Source: Histomonas meleagridis 2922-C6/04-290x (lineage: Eukaryota; Protista; Parabasalia). Taken from it: 64,000 bases of DNA. The translations under genes were made by a program, and so were the position numbers. The notes beneath the pieces are model-generated. The model did not search any database. It was not told the DNA's origin and saw only the letters and a program-made list of their open reading frames with translations. Where the stretch lies: NCBI GenBank assembly GCA_020184695.1, contig JAANOX010000052.1, positions 1 through 64,000 of the forward strand, written 5' to 3'. This document shows positions 19,107 to 30,541 of this stretch, piece after piece; positions within the stretch are counted from its first letter, which is position 1, and every line of letters begins with the position of its first letter.

Positions 19107-21089
19107 TTACTTTTGTTTTTCTCTTGTTATGTAAGTTCTCAAGAAGGGGAATTTCCTTACAGTTTCAGCCACGAACACCTTATTCCATAAGTCCAATTTT
19201 ATATCATTTTTTGGTATATCCAATGACTTCAGCTTTTGTTCTTCCAATTGTTTTTTCTCTTTATTTTTGCCCAAATCATTTTCCAATGCCTTTGTAATTG
19301 ATTCCACATCAATTGCGTCAGGCATTAATTCGTCTGGTTTAATGTTTTGTAATATGTACATCACTAATTGTTTATCCAAATCAGGCGCGATTCCATTTAT
19401 CATTTCGACTTTATCTTCCGCCTTAGATATGTTCGGAGACATTAAAATCACTAAAACAATTTCTCGTAAATGTTTAAATCGAATTCCATCTGTTTGTTCA
19501 AGTGTCGAAAGAAATGAATTCCATAAAATCGCTTTCATGAACACGAAATTATTCGTGTTCGATAAAATACGATTTGAAATCTTTACGTCTAAATCATTTA
19601 TGAATTCATTGATAAGGAAATTATTGATCGATTCGGGAAATTGTAAACTGATTTTAACAACAGAAAATAATTGTTGGAAATCTAATATCAAATCATCAAC
19701 TTCAAATTTCGATGAAAGAAATCGATTACGTAATATATCAAAGTTTCGGATAAATGGCGAAAGTATTTCTTTGGATAATTTGCTTATGATTTTAAGTAAT
19801 CGTTCGAGAAATGTTGTTTTGTATTTTGTGCTTTGATTAGCTTTCTTAGGATTCGATTTGATAAGTGAATATAGAATTATCGTTGTGATGAATTTGTTTT
19901 CGGTGGTAATTTTGGTGTAAAATGGTGAAGTTTCATAATTAGTGATAAATTCAGCTAAAAATTCATCAAAATCTGTTGACAGAGTTTTGCTGGAGAGAAA
20001 CTCCGAATGAAGAATAAAGCCATAAATCGGAAATATCGATGATGGAAATTCATAATTATTACATACAAATGGAACTTCTCGCTTTTGCTTGAAGTCGGTG
20101 GTCATAATACTGCTCATTAAACGCATTTGTTGGGCAAATTGCGACTCTTCAAGTTCCGGAATATCTTCATCTGAAAATGTACTGCCATTACTTTCACTAC
20201 ATATATTGGAAAAGTTTTGTAGTGGCTCATCGTCCATAACAACAAGTGGAATGGATTTGATGTCAGTAGATGATGAATGTGGAAGTCCAAGATTTTTTCG
20301 ATGTGGAGAACGACGTACTTTGGATTTATGACGTCGTTTAATCTCTTGTGGCTTTTGCTTAGGTGAATCTGGTGGAGAACTACTTGCAGTATTTTGACTG
20401 ATTTCGGATGATTGATCCCAATCTGAAAATGAATCTTTTTGTAGTTCTTCATCAATCGAAGGACCATCACTAGAGTCTGAAGAGGTGTCAACTGTGTTAC
20501 TAATTTTGTTAACAGTAATTGATAATGTTAAAACTGGAAAAATTGATCGTCCACTTTCCATTTCAAGATCTCTAGTCACAGGACCTACACTACTAAGGTG
20601 TTCTGATGCATCTATGGCAATTTTTCCGTAAATTTTTGGAGTTTGATCTTTTTGGTATCGATGAAGTTTAATCTGTATGAGTTTTGGACGTGGAGTTTCA
20701 TCTGATTTAGAGATGTAAAACGTTGACTTTATCTCAAAAGAACTATTAAAATTGATTATGCCTTTTTCATTTGGCTTCATCAATTTTGTAGTTCCATTTT
20801 GATTTCCTCTAGAATAGGAAAGGCTAAAGTTACTAGTGATATTTCTGCCTATAGAAACGTGGTCAAATGATAGTTTAATGATTGCATGAATTTTTCGGAA
20901 TCGATTGAACATTTGGTGGAGGGTTGTGAAGGTGTTTTTCATTGAATTTTTGAATAGCTTACACACAGATATTTTCAGAAATAACGGTTCATTACAACTG
21001 GGCTCAAAAACTTTCTGGGTCGCCAGGTCTTCGCTCAAGACGGTTTTATTTAATTTTTGATAAGAACAGTTAACTTTTTTGTGATTCAT
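19107..21089 (-). CDS. NT-C2 (EEIG1/EHBP1-type) domain protein with C-terminal dilute-like helical domain
   Basis: N-terminal beta domain (IKLHRYQ..KIYGKIAIDASE), Ser-rich linker, C-terminal APDL...YILQNIKPDELMPD. The true start may be internal (20942 or 20912). Confidence 0.6.
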   Translation of the reverse strand: MNHKKVNCSYQKLNKTVLSEDLATQKVFEPSCNEPLFLKISVCKLFKNSMKNTFTTLHQMFNRFRKIHAIIKLSFDHVSIGRNITSNFSLSYSRGNQNGTTKLMKPNEKGIINFNSSFEIKSTFYISKSDETPRPKLIQIKLHRYQKDQTPKIYGKIAIDASEHLSSVGPVTRDLEMESGRSIFPVLTLSITVNKISNTVDTSSDSSDGPSIDEELQKDSFSDWDQSSEISQNTASSSPPDSPKQKPQEIKRRHKSKVRRSPHRKNLGLPHSSSTDIKSIPLVVMDDEPLQNFSNICSESNGSTFSDEDIPELEESQFAQQMRLMSSIMTTDFKQKREVPFVCNNYEFPSSIFPIYGFILHSEFLSSKTLSTDFDEFLAEFITNYETSPFYTKITTENKFITTIILYSLIKSNPKKANQSTKYKTTFLERLLKIISKLSKEILSPFIRNFDILRNRFLSSKFEVDDLILDFQQLFSVVKISLQFPESINNFLINEFINDLDVKISNRILSNTNNFVFMKAILWNSFLSTLEQTDGIRFKHLREIVLVILMSPNISKAEDKVEMINGIAPDLDKQLVMYILQNIKPDELMPDAIDVESITKALENDLGKNKEKKQLEEQKLKSLDIPKNDIKLDLWNKVFVAETVRKFPFLRTYITREKQK

Positions 21090-21578
21090 ATGAAAGAATT
21101 CAAAAGCTCAAAAAGTCAAAATTAATATCGGATTGCTGAAAAGTTCTTTTTTTAAATTTGTTGATATTTTTTAGATGTTATCGCAATATGCTTTTCATCC
21201 TTATTCATTAGTTGGTCAAAGTAAGTATTAGATTTACATAAAACTTTGACGTGGGTGCTTTTATATCAATATTTAACCTCCCACAGTCATTTTACTGTAA
21301 ATAAACTTATCAAATAATTTTAAACGTTCATATAAAAAAGGGGTTATTCTTCTGCGGCAAACAGGTGAAGGGATGATCAAAATTCAACAAAGAGTATAAA
21401 AATCTGATTACTTAATATTGCCACTTGAAAATTTAACAATAACATTTAAAATACATTTTGGAATATTCCAAATTTACATTGTTACTTAACAATAAACCAA
21501 AGTCTTTATGAAAACTTGGATACAAAAAAAGAAAAAAAAATCTTTTGCGGAAAGAAATATTTTTTAAGAATAAAAGTT

Positions 21579-22157
21579 TCAAAAAATTTTAATGTACAAC
21601 ACAATTAATATTGCAATAACTAAAAGCCCTGAAATAGCATAGCTGATTAACTTATTATTAATTTGGATTTGCCTCATTTTTCCGACTATTGATGTCGAGT
21701 TTTCAACAGATGAGTGAATCAAATTCACGTTCTTGCTTGCATGCTGAAGGCTTTCTTTTTGTGAAGCCAAATTTTTCAGAATTTCAATTCCAATTGAAAC
21801 AGATTCTTCACAATTTTTATGTGCCTCAAGAAGTGATATATCTGTATCAACAGATGTTTTTGGTATCGTTTTCATGCCAACTAGTTGCTCTTTTTTGACT
21901 GATATTATTTCTAATTCTAAATCTGAAATTTTTTCTTTAATTTTTTGATATTTTCTTTTAACTGCTGATTGCTCATTTGTTGGTAATAAAAACAAGCATC
22001 TTTCTAATTCTTCATATGCAACTTTTGCAGAATCTAATTGATCTTCTGCATTATGAAGTTTTGACATTGATTCATTTTCATTGTATTGCTTTAAATTTAA
22101 TTCGATGTTTTCGATGCATTTGTTAATGTGTTCTTCGAAGAATTCACTTGCACTCAT
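21579..22157 (-). CDS. VTI1: Qb-SNARE, Vti1-like
   Basis: Habc-like N-terminus, SNARE coil (ESVSIGIEILKNLASQKESL), C-terminal TM anchor. Start MSASEFF at 22157. Confidence 0.7.
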   Translation of the reverse strand: MSASEFFEEHINKCIENIELNLKQYNENESMSKLHNAEDQLDSAKVAYEELERCLFLLPTNEQSAVKRKYQKIKEKISDLELEIISVKKEQLVGMKTIPKTSVDTDISLLEAHKNCEESVSIGIEILKNLASQKESLQHASKNVNLIHSSVENSTSIVGKMRQIQINNKLISYAISGLLVIAILIVLYIKIF

Positions 22158-22535
22158 TATAAAATTTTGGTCAGATGAACGAAACGACAAAACGGTTTTT
22201 CTCAAATAAAATTTTATTAGTACTGAAAAATCAAACAAAATTTCCGTTTATAAAATGACACGTTCAATTTAATATTTTCTATGAGAACACACAATTCCAA
22301 ATTTCAATCAAAATCATCAGATTAACGGTCTCCATGACCAAATTAACAAATGCAGATGAACATTGGTGCTATGCAAAGCAAAGAAACAAAACTCCAAAAG
22401 GCAAAACGCGTTGCCACAGAAGCTCTTTGGGTTATAGGTACCTCAGCTTTTGTTCTTGGATTTCCAATATATCTTGCCACAAAATTATAATTAATTTTTT
22501 TTTGAATAAAAACTTTTAAAAGTAACAATACCTTT

Positions 22536-23609
22536 TCAATCTGAATCAGAAGCGTCCGCTTTGTTCGGGAAATATAAACCACTTCTTTGGTCTGGCATTT
22601 GTTTCTCTCCAGGCTTAAACTTAACAGTATATCCACTTCCTCTATCAGAAAGCGTCTTTCCACCCTCAACAGCAACAGAGTATGAAGCGCTACTGAAGGC
22701 ACGATCACCAGCAAATGGAACATAATTATCAGTTGCTCCCATTCCAGTGATAGGACGATCGTATACATCATATGAATCCTCTGTGCCATATCCTGTGTCA
22801 ACTCCACTGCTTTTGTTGAATAATTGTGGATCAAATTCATCATCGACGGTTTGCGCCAAAATCGGAAGTCCAAGCGCCGCTTGCGCTGCAGTATCGCGAT
22901 GAGCCAATCCTTGTCTTTGCCTTTTCATTCTACGGCGTTGTTCTTTAGTTTCTTCGAGAATTCGATCTACTCTTTTTTCTTCGGATGTTTTACTGCGATT
23001 AATTTGGCGCTTCTCTTCGTTAAGACGACGCGCTTCTTCAACCATTTTTTCTTCTTCTTCACGTTGGAGCTTTTGAGCAAGTTGTCGTTGAGCAAGATTT
23101 CGTTGAGCAATTGATTCATTGATTGACATTGATGCAGCTTCAAGGGCTTTAGTGAAAACCGTGAACTTGTCAGACATTTGAGGTTGCTCAAATCGACGTG
23201 CATCGGCACCAACACGTTTATCCATAGGGATAACATAACCTTCTGGGTTTCTCCAATTGGAAACACAAACTGGAATGGCCCAATAACGCTGTTCATCTTC
23301 TGTAAGTTTTTCAGTGGGCGCTGTTAATATTGGAGCAGGATCTTCTTTTTGAAGTGAAATTGGTTTACGGTTCCTGAATCGAGATGGATCAAGAGGATCA
23401 ACTCTTTTCTCAGCAACTCGTACTACGTATTCTTCTTTTTCGTTATTATGATATTTAATCGTTGTGATTCCACCATTCTTTTTGACTGGTCCTGTTTTTG
23501 CCATCAACACTTCTGCGACAGATTGTTCGAGTTGCCTGCTAATTAAAGCTTTTGCTTCATCATTTGGTTGTTGCCTTGGAATTGCTACTGTTGCAGTAAG
23601 GAGAGACAT
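22536..23609 (-). CDS. SNW1: SKIP/SNW1 (Prp45) spliceosomal protein
   Basis: VDPLDPSRF, IPVCVSNWRNPEGYVIPMDKR, FDPQLFN and YDVYDRP motifs. First ATG (MSLLTAT) at 23609. Confidence 0.9.
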   Translation of the reverse strand: MSLLTATVAIPRQQPNDEAKALISRQLEQSVAEVLMAKTGPVKKNGGITTIKYHNNEKEEYVVRVAEKRVDPLDPSRFRNRKPISLQKEDPAPILTAPTEKLTEDEQRYWAIPVCVSNWRNPEGYVIPMDKRVGADARRFEQPQMSDKFTVFTKALEAASMSINESIAQRNLAQRQLAQKLQREEEEKMVEEARRLNEEKRQINRSKTSEEKRVDRILEETKEQRRRMKRQRQGLAHRDTAAQAALGLPILAQTVDDEFDPQLFNKSSGVDTGYGTEDSYDVYDRPITGMGATDNYVPFAGDRAFSSASYSVAVEGGKTLSDRGSGYTVKFKPGEKQMPDQRSGLYFPNKADASDSD

Positions 23610-23751
23610 TTCGAATGTTGGCACTTTTATATAACCGTCAGAGATTTGAAAATTTTCATCAGTTGAGAAGCCGAATTTTGGGCTAATTTTTTGCCCTCTT
23701 GCGGGTGGTACTAAAAATTCAGCATGTCTGTTCGGATTGGTTTGAATATCA

Positions 23752-24296
23752 TTCAAAATAATATTTGGAAATAATTTTAAATATTTAATACACCACTTAT
23801 GAAAGCATCTTTAAATGGTCGTACAGAAATAGTTAAATTACTTCTTGAACAAGAAGGAATTGATATTAATGCTAAAAGTATTTATTTGTTTTATTTGATA
23901 TTTATTTTAATAATTTAGTATTTCAAAATAATATTTGGAAATTATTTAAATTATTTAAAACAGCTCTTATGTTTGCATCTGATATTGGTCAAACAGAAAT
24001 TGTTAAAGTACTTCTTAAACAAAAAGGAATTGATATTAATGCTAAAAATATTTAATTATTATATTTGAAATTTATTTTAATAATTTGAAGTTTTAAAATA
24101 ATATTTGGAAATTATTTTCATTATTTAAAACAACACTTATATTAGCACCTAGAAATGGTCGTACAGAAATTTAAATTACTTCATGAACAAGAAGGAATTG
24201 ATAATAATGCTAAAAACAAATGATGATATTTCATGGGGAAATGTCAATGTGGATGACATTTGGATAAACCTTATCAATCCCGAAAATTCTCATTAA
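23752..24296 (+). pseudogene. 5'-truncated ankyrin/spacer array fragment (3 units, two full 83-nt spacers)
   Basis: Units at 23790, 23960 and 24130; spacers 23877-23959 and 24047-24129. The third unit is frameshifted. A tail DDISWGNVNVDDIWINLINPENSH* ends at 24296. Confidence 0.8.
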
Positions 24297-24425
24297 ATGA
24301 AAAAAATTCAGAAAATTTCCAAAAAATTGTTATTTTTATTTTTTTAATACAGTAATGTACACGAAAATATGTCCATCAGCCGGAAATTTCTGTCCTATTA
24401 TTAACGGTCACCAATCATATTTATA

Positions 24426-24606
24426 AAACTTATCAATTGGAACTTGCTATTTCTCTTCGCACGGATCCTTCGCGAAGGGGGATAATGGCCCCGCCGGGCT
24501 TTTTCAGTAAAATACGATCACAGGCGCAGGGGTGGGTTGGAATGTGATTGAATAATTTACATCAAAATTGAATGATTTTTGAGAATTTTCATGTACGTAT
24601 GAAGGA
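24426..24606 (+). ncRNA. Candidate structured ncRNA (Sm-class snRNA-like)
   Basis: GC-rich intergenic island with hairpins at 24467-24478 and 24487-24500, Sm-like GATTTTTGA at 24574-24582, and a 3' stem-loop with a TACG loop at 24586-24605. No family assigned. Confidence 0.3.
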
Positions 24607-25280
24607 ACTGTCCTTATACTTCTTGAATCAAATTGTAAGATTCTGTTGGATCTTTCTAAGAAGCCAGCAAAAATGAACAACAAATTAAAATATATGATTC
24701 ATAAAAATGAAAAAAAAGATTGTCATAATTTTAAATCGTTTATAACATCATTCTACTATAAAATTATATAATTAAAATATATGTTAATTAATATTATATT
24801 GATTCGAATTTTTTATCCAGAAAGTTTCCTTGTATTTCCGATTAATTAATATTTTAGAGTTACTATCCTATAAAAATTAACGTTCTCATGTAGAGTAAGC
24901 TTACTGCTTTATCATTTTAAATATCCAACTTATGAATGAAGTTAAAGAACACTTGTTTCCACCAAAGAAGAGAAAATTATCGTGATGCTAAAGCACGATT
25001 ACTCCAAATTATTTACAGAGAATTTAATTATTGTTCCCAAATTTTTTTATTATTAATGATTTTTTTTTAACTAGAGATTCAATATTTAAGAAAAAGATAA
25101 TCATTTTTTTCTATCAAATGATTTGTAAAATTTCTGATTTCTTTATCATTTCCTATTATTACAATTTGAAGCTATCACACTCATACGAAGCGTTTGACCG
25201 CTGCATGCAATTAAAGAATCGTATCAATACTTTTGCCATATTAATAGGATAAATTTTGGAAAAGATTAAATTTTTATTGT

Positions 25281-28200
25281 CTAGACAAATACATCATCAT
25301 CAGAGCCTTCTATATTGTATTTCGCTTCCTTCTTCTGGCTATCATCGCTAGTGAACTGGTTCCTCTTATTACGCTTCACCATGAAGATAACCAACAACAC
25401 AACGCCGACAACCACCAAAACGCATGCAATTACTATACCTACGATTGGTCCAGTTCCCAACGAATGACTATTATCTTCATCACCAGTAGCCGAAGTTGAA
25501 GTATTTGTACTTGAAGGCAATACGTTTGACGATATTAAAATACTATTATTACCTTTTACGATGAAAATTTCGTTATCATTTGTTTCATTAATATCATTAG
25601 TAACGTTCAAGTTAATTATTTGTAAGTTAACATTCCAATCATTAACATTCATAGATGAAGCGTTAACAATTACAATACCTCCAGCGAACATATTACCAAG
25701 TGATTCAATACCATTTGCATCGACAGTAACATTTAATTGATTTGGAGTATTACCAACATTACCTAAGTTAAGTAATGGTATACCTAATGATGATACTTCC
25801 ATATTAATATTAACATTTTCATTTAATGTTATACTATCAGTTGTATCTCTTGGTGATAATGTAGAAGAAGGTTCTAATTTTAATGTATTTAAGATATTTA
25901 ATTGAACTGTTTCAACTTTAGCTTGTCTTCTAACTATTAAATGATTTGTTAATATTGGTACTTCATTATTATTATTATCTTTAATTGATAAAATTGTCTT
26001 TGTAGAAGTATTTGCTAATTCGATTGTATTAGTTTCATATTGTTTATTTAATGTAATGATTTGATCTGTTGGTCGATATAATATTTCTCCACTTAATATA
26101 TTCGATAAATCTGTTAATCCAATACCAAGTTGATTAACAATTCGATATACAGCTATACGAATACCTTCGATATTATATTGATATTTATATGATGTAATAT
26201 AATTAAGTAAATCTTGAACTGTCATCATAGTATTACCTAATACTTGTTGTATCATTGTAATAAATGGTACAAACTTTTCATAATATGGTAAGTTTTGTAT
26301 TGTATAATTAGTAGAACTTTGTTCATATAATTTAATTAAATAATCAGAGATAACATATAATACTTTAGTCATATTAATTATACTAAATGAATATGGTTCA
26401 TCATTAGTAATAAATATTTGTGAAAATGAAGTAAATGATAATTCATCATAAAAGATTTTCTCTAATGTATAAGTTGCATTCCAAAATTGTTTATCAATAT
26501 TATTAATAATTGTCTTAAATGATTCGCCTTGATTAATATCATTAATTGCTTTTTGATATATATCTAATATCTTTGATGAACCAATTGTTATCATTTCAAA
26601 TACTTCCGAAAGTTTTGTTGTTTGACTTTGAAGTTTTTCAATATTCGAATTAATTTGTTGAAGTTTATCTTCTGGAATAATTTGATTAAAGATATTTATT
26701 AAATTATATACAAGTTCTAATGCTGAATTAAATGCATTTGATAACTGAACTTGTGTTAATATTTGTTGGAATGGTAAATTTTGTATCATTTGTGATACTA
26801 ATGTATAAACATTCCAATCAGCTTCATATATATCTTTAAGTGGTAATTCAGTTTCATATAATATCTTTAATGATGTTATAATATTTGTAATTGAATCAAT
26901 TAATGATAAAAATTGTGTATTATTGACAAGTAATGATAATACTGAATCTAAAATAGATTTAACATTAATTGATAAATCAAATTGTGATAATAAATTCTCA
27001 ATTAAACCTGTTAATGATTGTGTTGGTATTGTTTGAGTTAATTCAAGTAATGTCATTTTAATTTGTAAATATAATGTATAATTAGCCATTTGAAGTTGTG
27101 ATGCTACATTGATAACATTATCAAGTGAACCTTCGAAACATGTAGAAAAGATTTTCATTATTGATTCTGTATAAGTTCTTGGGATATTATATTGTTCAAG
27201 TACAGTATATAAATTCATTTTATCACCTAATATTGATGAAATAATATTAACAATTGATTGAATATCTGCTGGTAACATACGTATTATAGAATTAATTAAA
27301 TTCATTAAATTAGTTTGTGCTTTTTCAATTCTTAAATATGGTGGTGCTTCATTAAAATCAAGGAATTTCATTATGATTTGTATTACTTGTTGAATTGGTA
27401 ATATATAAGGTTTAATAAATTGATCAATTACTTCTGTTATATAACCTGATGTTAATATTGGTAATATTAAATCTTTATCGAATTTAGTGTTTTCATTAAA
27501 TGTTTGAGCTAAAACTTTAATTGTTTGATAATATACATCTTCTACACCAATATCTTTATTAAAACTATTAATTGGATATTGTGTATTAATTAATAAATTA
27601 AGTAAATTAACAATATTTGAAAAATCTATATTAATTCCAAGTGTTGAAAATAGATCAGTAATTTTGAAGTTATTTAAATGTCCCAAGAAATAATTTATTA
27701 CATTTTTAACTGTTTCTGAATTCCAATTAAAGATTATAGTTAAATCATCATTAATAAGATTATTAATAATTGGTGAAATAATTGTTATCATACTACTTAA
27801 ATCTGGTAATCCTAATGTACTTCCTAAATTAATTTCATTTGTAAGATTCGATATTGCATATTGTGTACCAAGTTTATCATTTTCTGGTATGAAATTAGGT
27901 ATTAAATTCTCTGTTTCACTAGCAAATGAATGTATTAAATCAATAAATTGTTCAAGAGTAAATTCAGTTGTATTCATTCTTAATATATCTGTTAATGTTA
28001 ATTTTCCTAATATTAAACCAATTGGTATATTAAAGTAATGTTTATATTCTGGAATTTCTTTATTAAATAATAATTGGATTAAATCCGTAATTCCAATATC
28101 TTCATCATTATAACATTTAACTGATAAATCATGTAATTTGTTATATAAATTATTAAGATCAATTAATCCACTGGTTAAATTATATATTATATCATATGGT

Positions 28201-30158
28201 GAACAATCTAATAATTCAACAACCTTATAAAGTACTTTAGCAATTGTTGGTGAAATACTATTAAATAATGATAATCCACTGATATTATTAAAACCTAATG
28301 TAAGTTGTATGAATGTTTCATTCATTATTTCACCAAAATTCTTTAATGATTGACTAATTCCATATACACTATAATCATAATGTGTATCAGAAACAATAAA
28401 GAAAGTATCAAGATGTGTCAAAAATTGTGTAATTGGTGGATTTGGTGCTGTTAAGTTATATAAGTTATAAAGTGAAGTATTAAGATCCCAAAAGTTTGGA
28501 TCAACACTTTCAGCTATTTCTCGTAATGGACATCCTTCATTTAATTTAACAGAAATATTTCTAAATACTGTTAAAATTAGTGATGAATTAGAGACAATAT
28601 CATCAAATAAATTAGAAATTGTATAATCTTCTGTTTGAAGTTTTATAAGTATTTCTTTTGTTGAGTTTAAGAAATTCTTTAATTTTGATTCTGTCGAATT
28701 TATTTTATTGACCCATTTTGTTAATGTATTTGCTGTAGAATTTAAGATATCATTTAATAAGTTTAAGTTAATTGATTCTTTCATTATAGTTTGGAATGGA
28801 TCATTGATTATAGAATCAATTTTAGTTATATTAATTTCTTTATATTCAGTTTCACTAATGCTTAAATAATTCAAAAATTCACGATATTGAACATCTTGAT
28901 TATAATATGAACCAACAGTAACAAAATATCCTCCTGTTAAAAATCCTTCAAGAATATCGAGAGTAAGCAATTGTAATAAGCCTAAAATTGTTGTTAAATT
29001 TAAGCCGAATAGATCAATTCCAAAGATATCGAGTATCTTATTAAATAATTCATCCACATTAGTACTTCCATTGTTAAAATCATCAGCGAATTCTTGGATA
29101 GTCTGAACAACTCTTTGGTATTGTTCATATATTGATTCATTTCTTTCCATGACAGATGAGATCCTTACAATTTCACTAATTGAATTCTTGACATCAAGGA
29201 TTTCAGTAATGTTCCCGAGATATGCTTTAGTAAGAGATGATGGAACACCAACTTTTTCTAAATAACTGCCAAAATTGAATGAGTCTGTTAGGAAGTAAAT
29301 AAAGAATTGTAAAGCTAATTTGGCACTGTCGTTTGGAATGAGGTTAGCAACAAATAAGAGAACATCCTTATAAAACTCAAGCATGGAGGTGAACGCATAA
29401 AATTCAGAATGTGCAATGTTCAAATCATCTTGAATTGTCATGTTCCTAAATTCAAGATCAGCTTTGACAAGTTGGATCTTGTTATAAATTGCATCAGCAT
29501 AAGGACCTAAGAATTTTTGTAATAATTGTGATGCATATCCAGAAGTTAATACAATCATTATTGATTGATAATCAATAACAGTATCTTTAGTAAATATGGA
29601 TGCATGGTAACAGATTTGATCAATTATTTGTTGGGGAATTCCTAAATCTTGGTGAAATTGTTTGAATGTATATGATGGATTCGAAAATAGTGATAATAAA
29701 TGAACGATGTTGTCGAGCGGCATGTGGAACCCTAAAGCAAAATCGACAAAATCTTGTATGTTCAATGAATCAAAATTATTGTATAAATAAATCAAAAGAT
29801 CATTCACATATTTTTCTGTTTCGCCATCAAGAACCTCTTTTACTATTGGAGAAACAATGTCCAATATGAGTCCTTGAATAGGAAATCCAATCATTGATTC
29901 AAGATTTAAAGGAATACCTCCTAAAAACATTGACGCTATCAACATAGAAGATTGCGTTTGCTTGAAAAGAGTTGTAGGAATTAGATTTCGATTATCAGCT
30001 GCAAATGAATTTACCATGCTGACAAATTCATCAATAGTGTAATTTTTCGTTGTAAAATCAATAAAATTAGAAATAGTATCTTCCCTTGTAAGAAAACCAA
30101 TCACATCTACGATCTCTATTGATGATCCAAGAATCGCAAAAAGGAAAACGAAAATCAT
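25281..30158 (-). CDS. Large type I membrane/surface protein with two ~695-aa tandem repeats
   Basis: Hydrophobic N-terminus MIFVFLFAILGSS, duplicated blocks (FTTKNYTIDEFVSMVNSFA vs NTTEFTLEQFIDLIHSFA), C-terminal TM IVGIVIACVLVVVGVVLLVIF and short acidic tail. Confidence 0.85.
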   Translation of the reverse strand: MIFVFLFAILGSSIEIVDVIGFLTREDTISNFIDFTTKNYTIDEFVSMVNSFAADNRNLIPTTLFKQTQSSMLIASMFLGGIPLNLESMIGFPIQGLILDIVSPIVKEVLDGETEKYVNDLLIYLYNNFDSLNIQDFVDFALGFHMPLDNIVHLLSLFSNPSYTFKQFHQDLGIPQQIIDQICYHASIFTKDTVIDYQSIMIVLTSGYASQLLQKFLGPYADAIYNKIQLVKADLEFRNMTIQDDLNIAHSEFYAFTSMLEFYKDVLLFVANLIPNDSAKLALQFFIYFLTDSFNFGSYLEKVGVPSSLTKAYLGNITEILDVKNSISEIVRISSVMERNESIYEQYQRVVQTIQEFADDFNNGSTNVDELFNKILDIFGIDLFGLNLTTILGLLQLLTLDILEGFLTGGYFVTVGSYYNQDVQYREFLNYLSISETEYKEINITKIDSIINDPFQTIMKESINLNLLNDILNSTANTLTKWVNKINSTESKLKNFLNSTKEILIKLQTEDYTISNLFDDIVSNSSLILTVFRNISVKLNEGCPLREIAESVDPNFWDLNTSLYNLYNLTAPNPPITQFLTHLDTFFIVSDTHYDYSVYGISQSLKNFGEIMNETFIQLTLGFNNISGLSLFNSISPTIAKVLYKVVELLDCSPYDIIYNLTSGLIDLNNLYNKLHDLSVKCYNDEDIGITDLIQLLFNKEIPEYKHYFNIPIGLILGKLTLTDILRMNTTEFTLEQFIDLIHSFASETENLIPNFIPENDKLGTQYAISNLTNEINLGSTLGLPDLSSMITIISPIINNLINDDLTIIFNWNSETVKNVINYFLGHLNNFKITDLFSTLGINIDFSNIVNLLNLLINTQYPINSFNKDIGVEDVYYQTIKVLAQTFNENTKFDKDLILPILTSGYITEVIDQFIKPYILPIQQVIQIIMKFLDFNEAPPYLRIEKAQTNLMNLINSIIRMLPADIQSIVNIISSILGDKMNLYTVLEQYNIPRTYTESIMKIFSTCFEGSLDNVINVASQLQMANYTLYLQIKMTLLELTQTIPTQSLTGLIENLLSQFDLSINVKSILDSVLSLLVNNTQFLSLIDSITNIITSLKILYETELPLKDIYEADWNVYTLVSQMIQNLPFQQILTQVQLSNAFNSALELVYNLINIFNQIIPEDKLQQINSNIEKLQSQTTKLSEVFEMITIGSSKILDIYQKAINDINQGESFKTIINNIDKQFWNATYTLEKIFYDELSFTSFSQIFITNDEPYSFSIINMTKVLYVISDYLIKLYEQSSTNYTIQNLPYYEKFVPFITMIQQVLGNTMMTVQDLLNYITSYKYQYNIEGIRIAVYRIVNQLGIGLTDLSNILSGEILYRPTDQIITLNKQYETNTIELANTSTKTILSIKDNNNNEVPILTNHLIVRRQAKVETVQLNILNTLKLEPSSTLSPRDTTDSITLNENVNINMEVSSLGIPLLNLGNVGNTPNQLNVTVDANGIESLGNMFAGGIVIVNASSMNVNDWNVNLQIINLNVTNDINETNDNEIFIVKGNNSILISSNVLPSSTNTSTSATGDEDNSHSLGTGPIVGIVIACVLVVVGVVLLVIFMVKRNKRNQFTSDDSQKKEAKYNIEGSDDDVFV

Positions 30159-30541
30159 TTTGAACCCATAAATCAAAAAAATATAAATATATTTATATAT
30201 TTTCTATTTTATTATAAATCTATTATATATTTATATTACAATTCATTTATTATAGATAAATATTAATTAATTTATTTAAACAATATGTAGTTATAAAGAT
30301 AATTATGTTTTATTGCAAAAAAACACGATTGCTCGAAATGGAATCATAATTTGAAAGCATTTTGGGCTTTAACCAATTCAAAAAAATGAATGAAATTCAA
30401 TGAGCAAACGGTTATGTTCCACCGGGAACTTAGAAATAAATTTTGTTTGTCATACAAAAAATTATGGCCAAACAAATCAGCTTTTTAAATTGCGATTGCA
30501 AGGATTTTACAGATCATCAAGTTCAAAAAGCAATGGGTGTG

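Noticed and set aside
22536-23900. Functional link between SKIP splicing factor and the adjacent ankyrin-spacer fragment
   Set aside because: A single adjacency in a gene-dense eukaryotic genome where such fragments are dispersed; no operon logic applies.
24484-24523. U6/U4 identity from ATGGCCCC and GCGCAGGGG
   Set aside because: No ACAGAGA box and no U4 stem I complement (TGCTAAT), so the matches are too short to assign a family.
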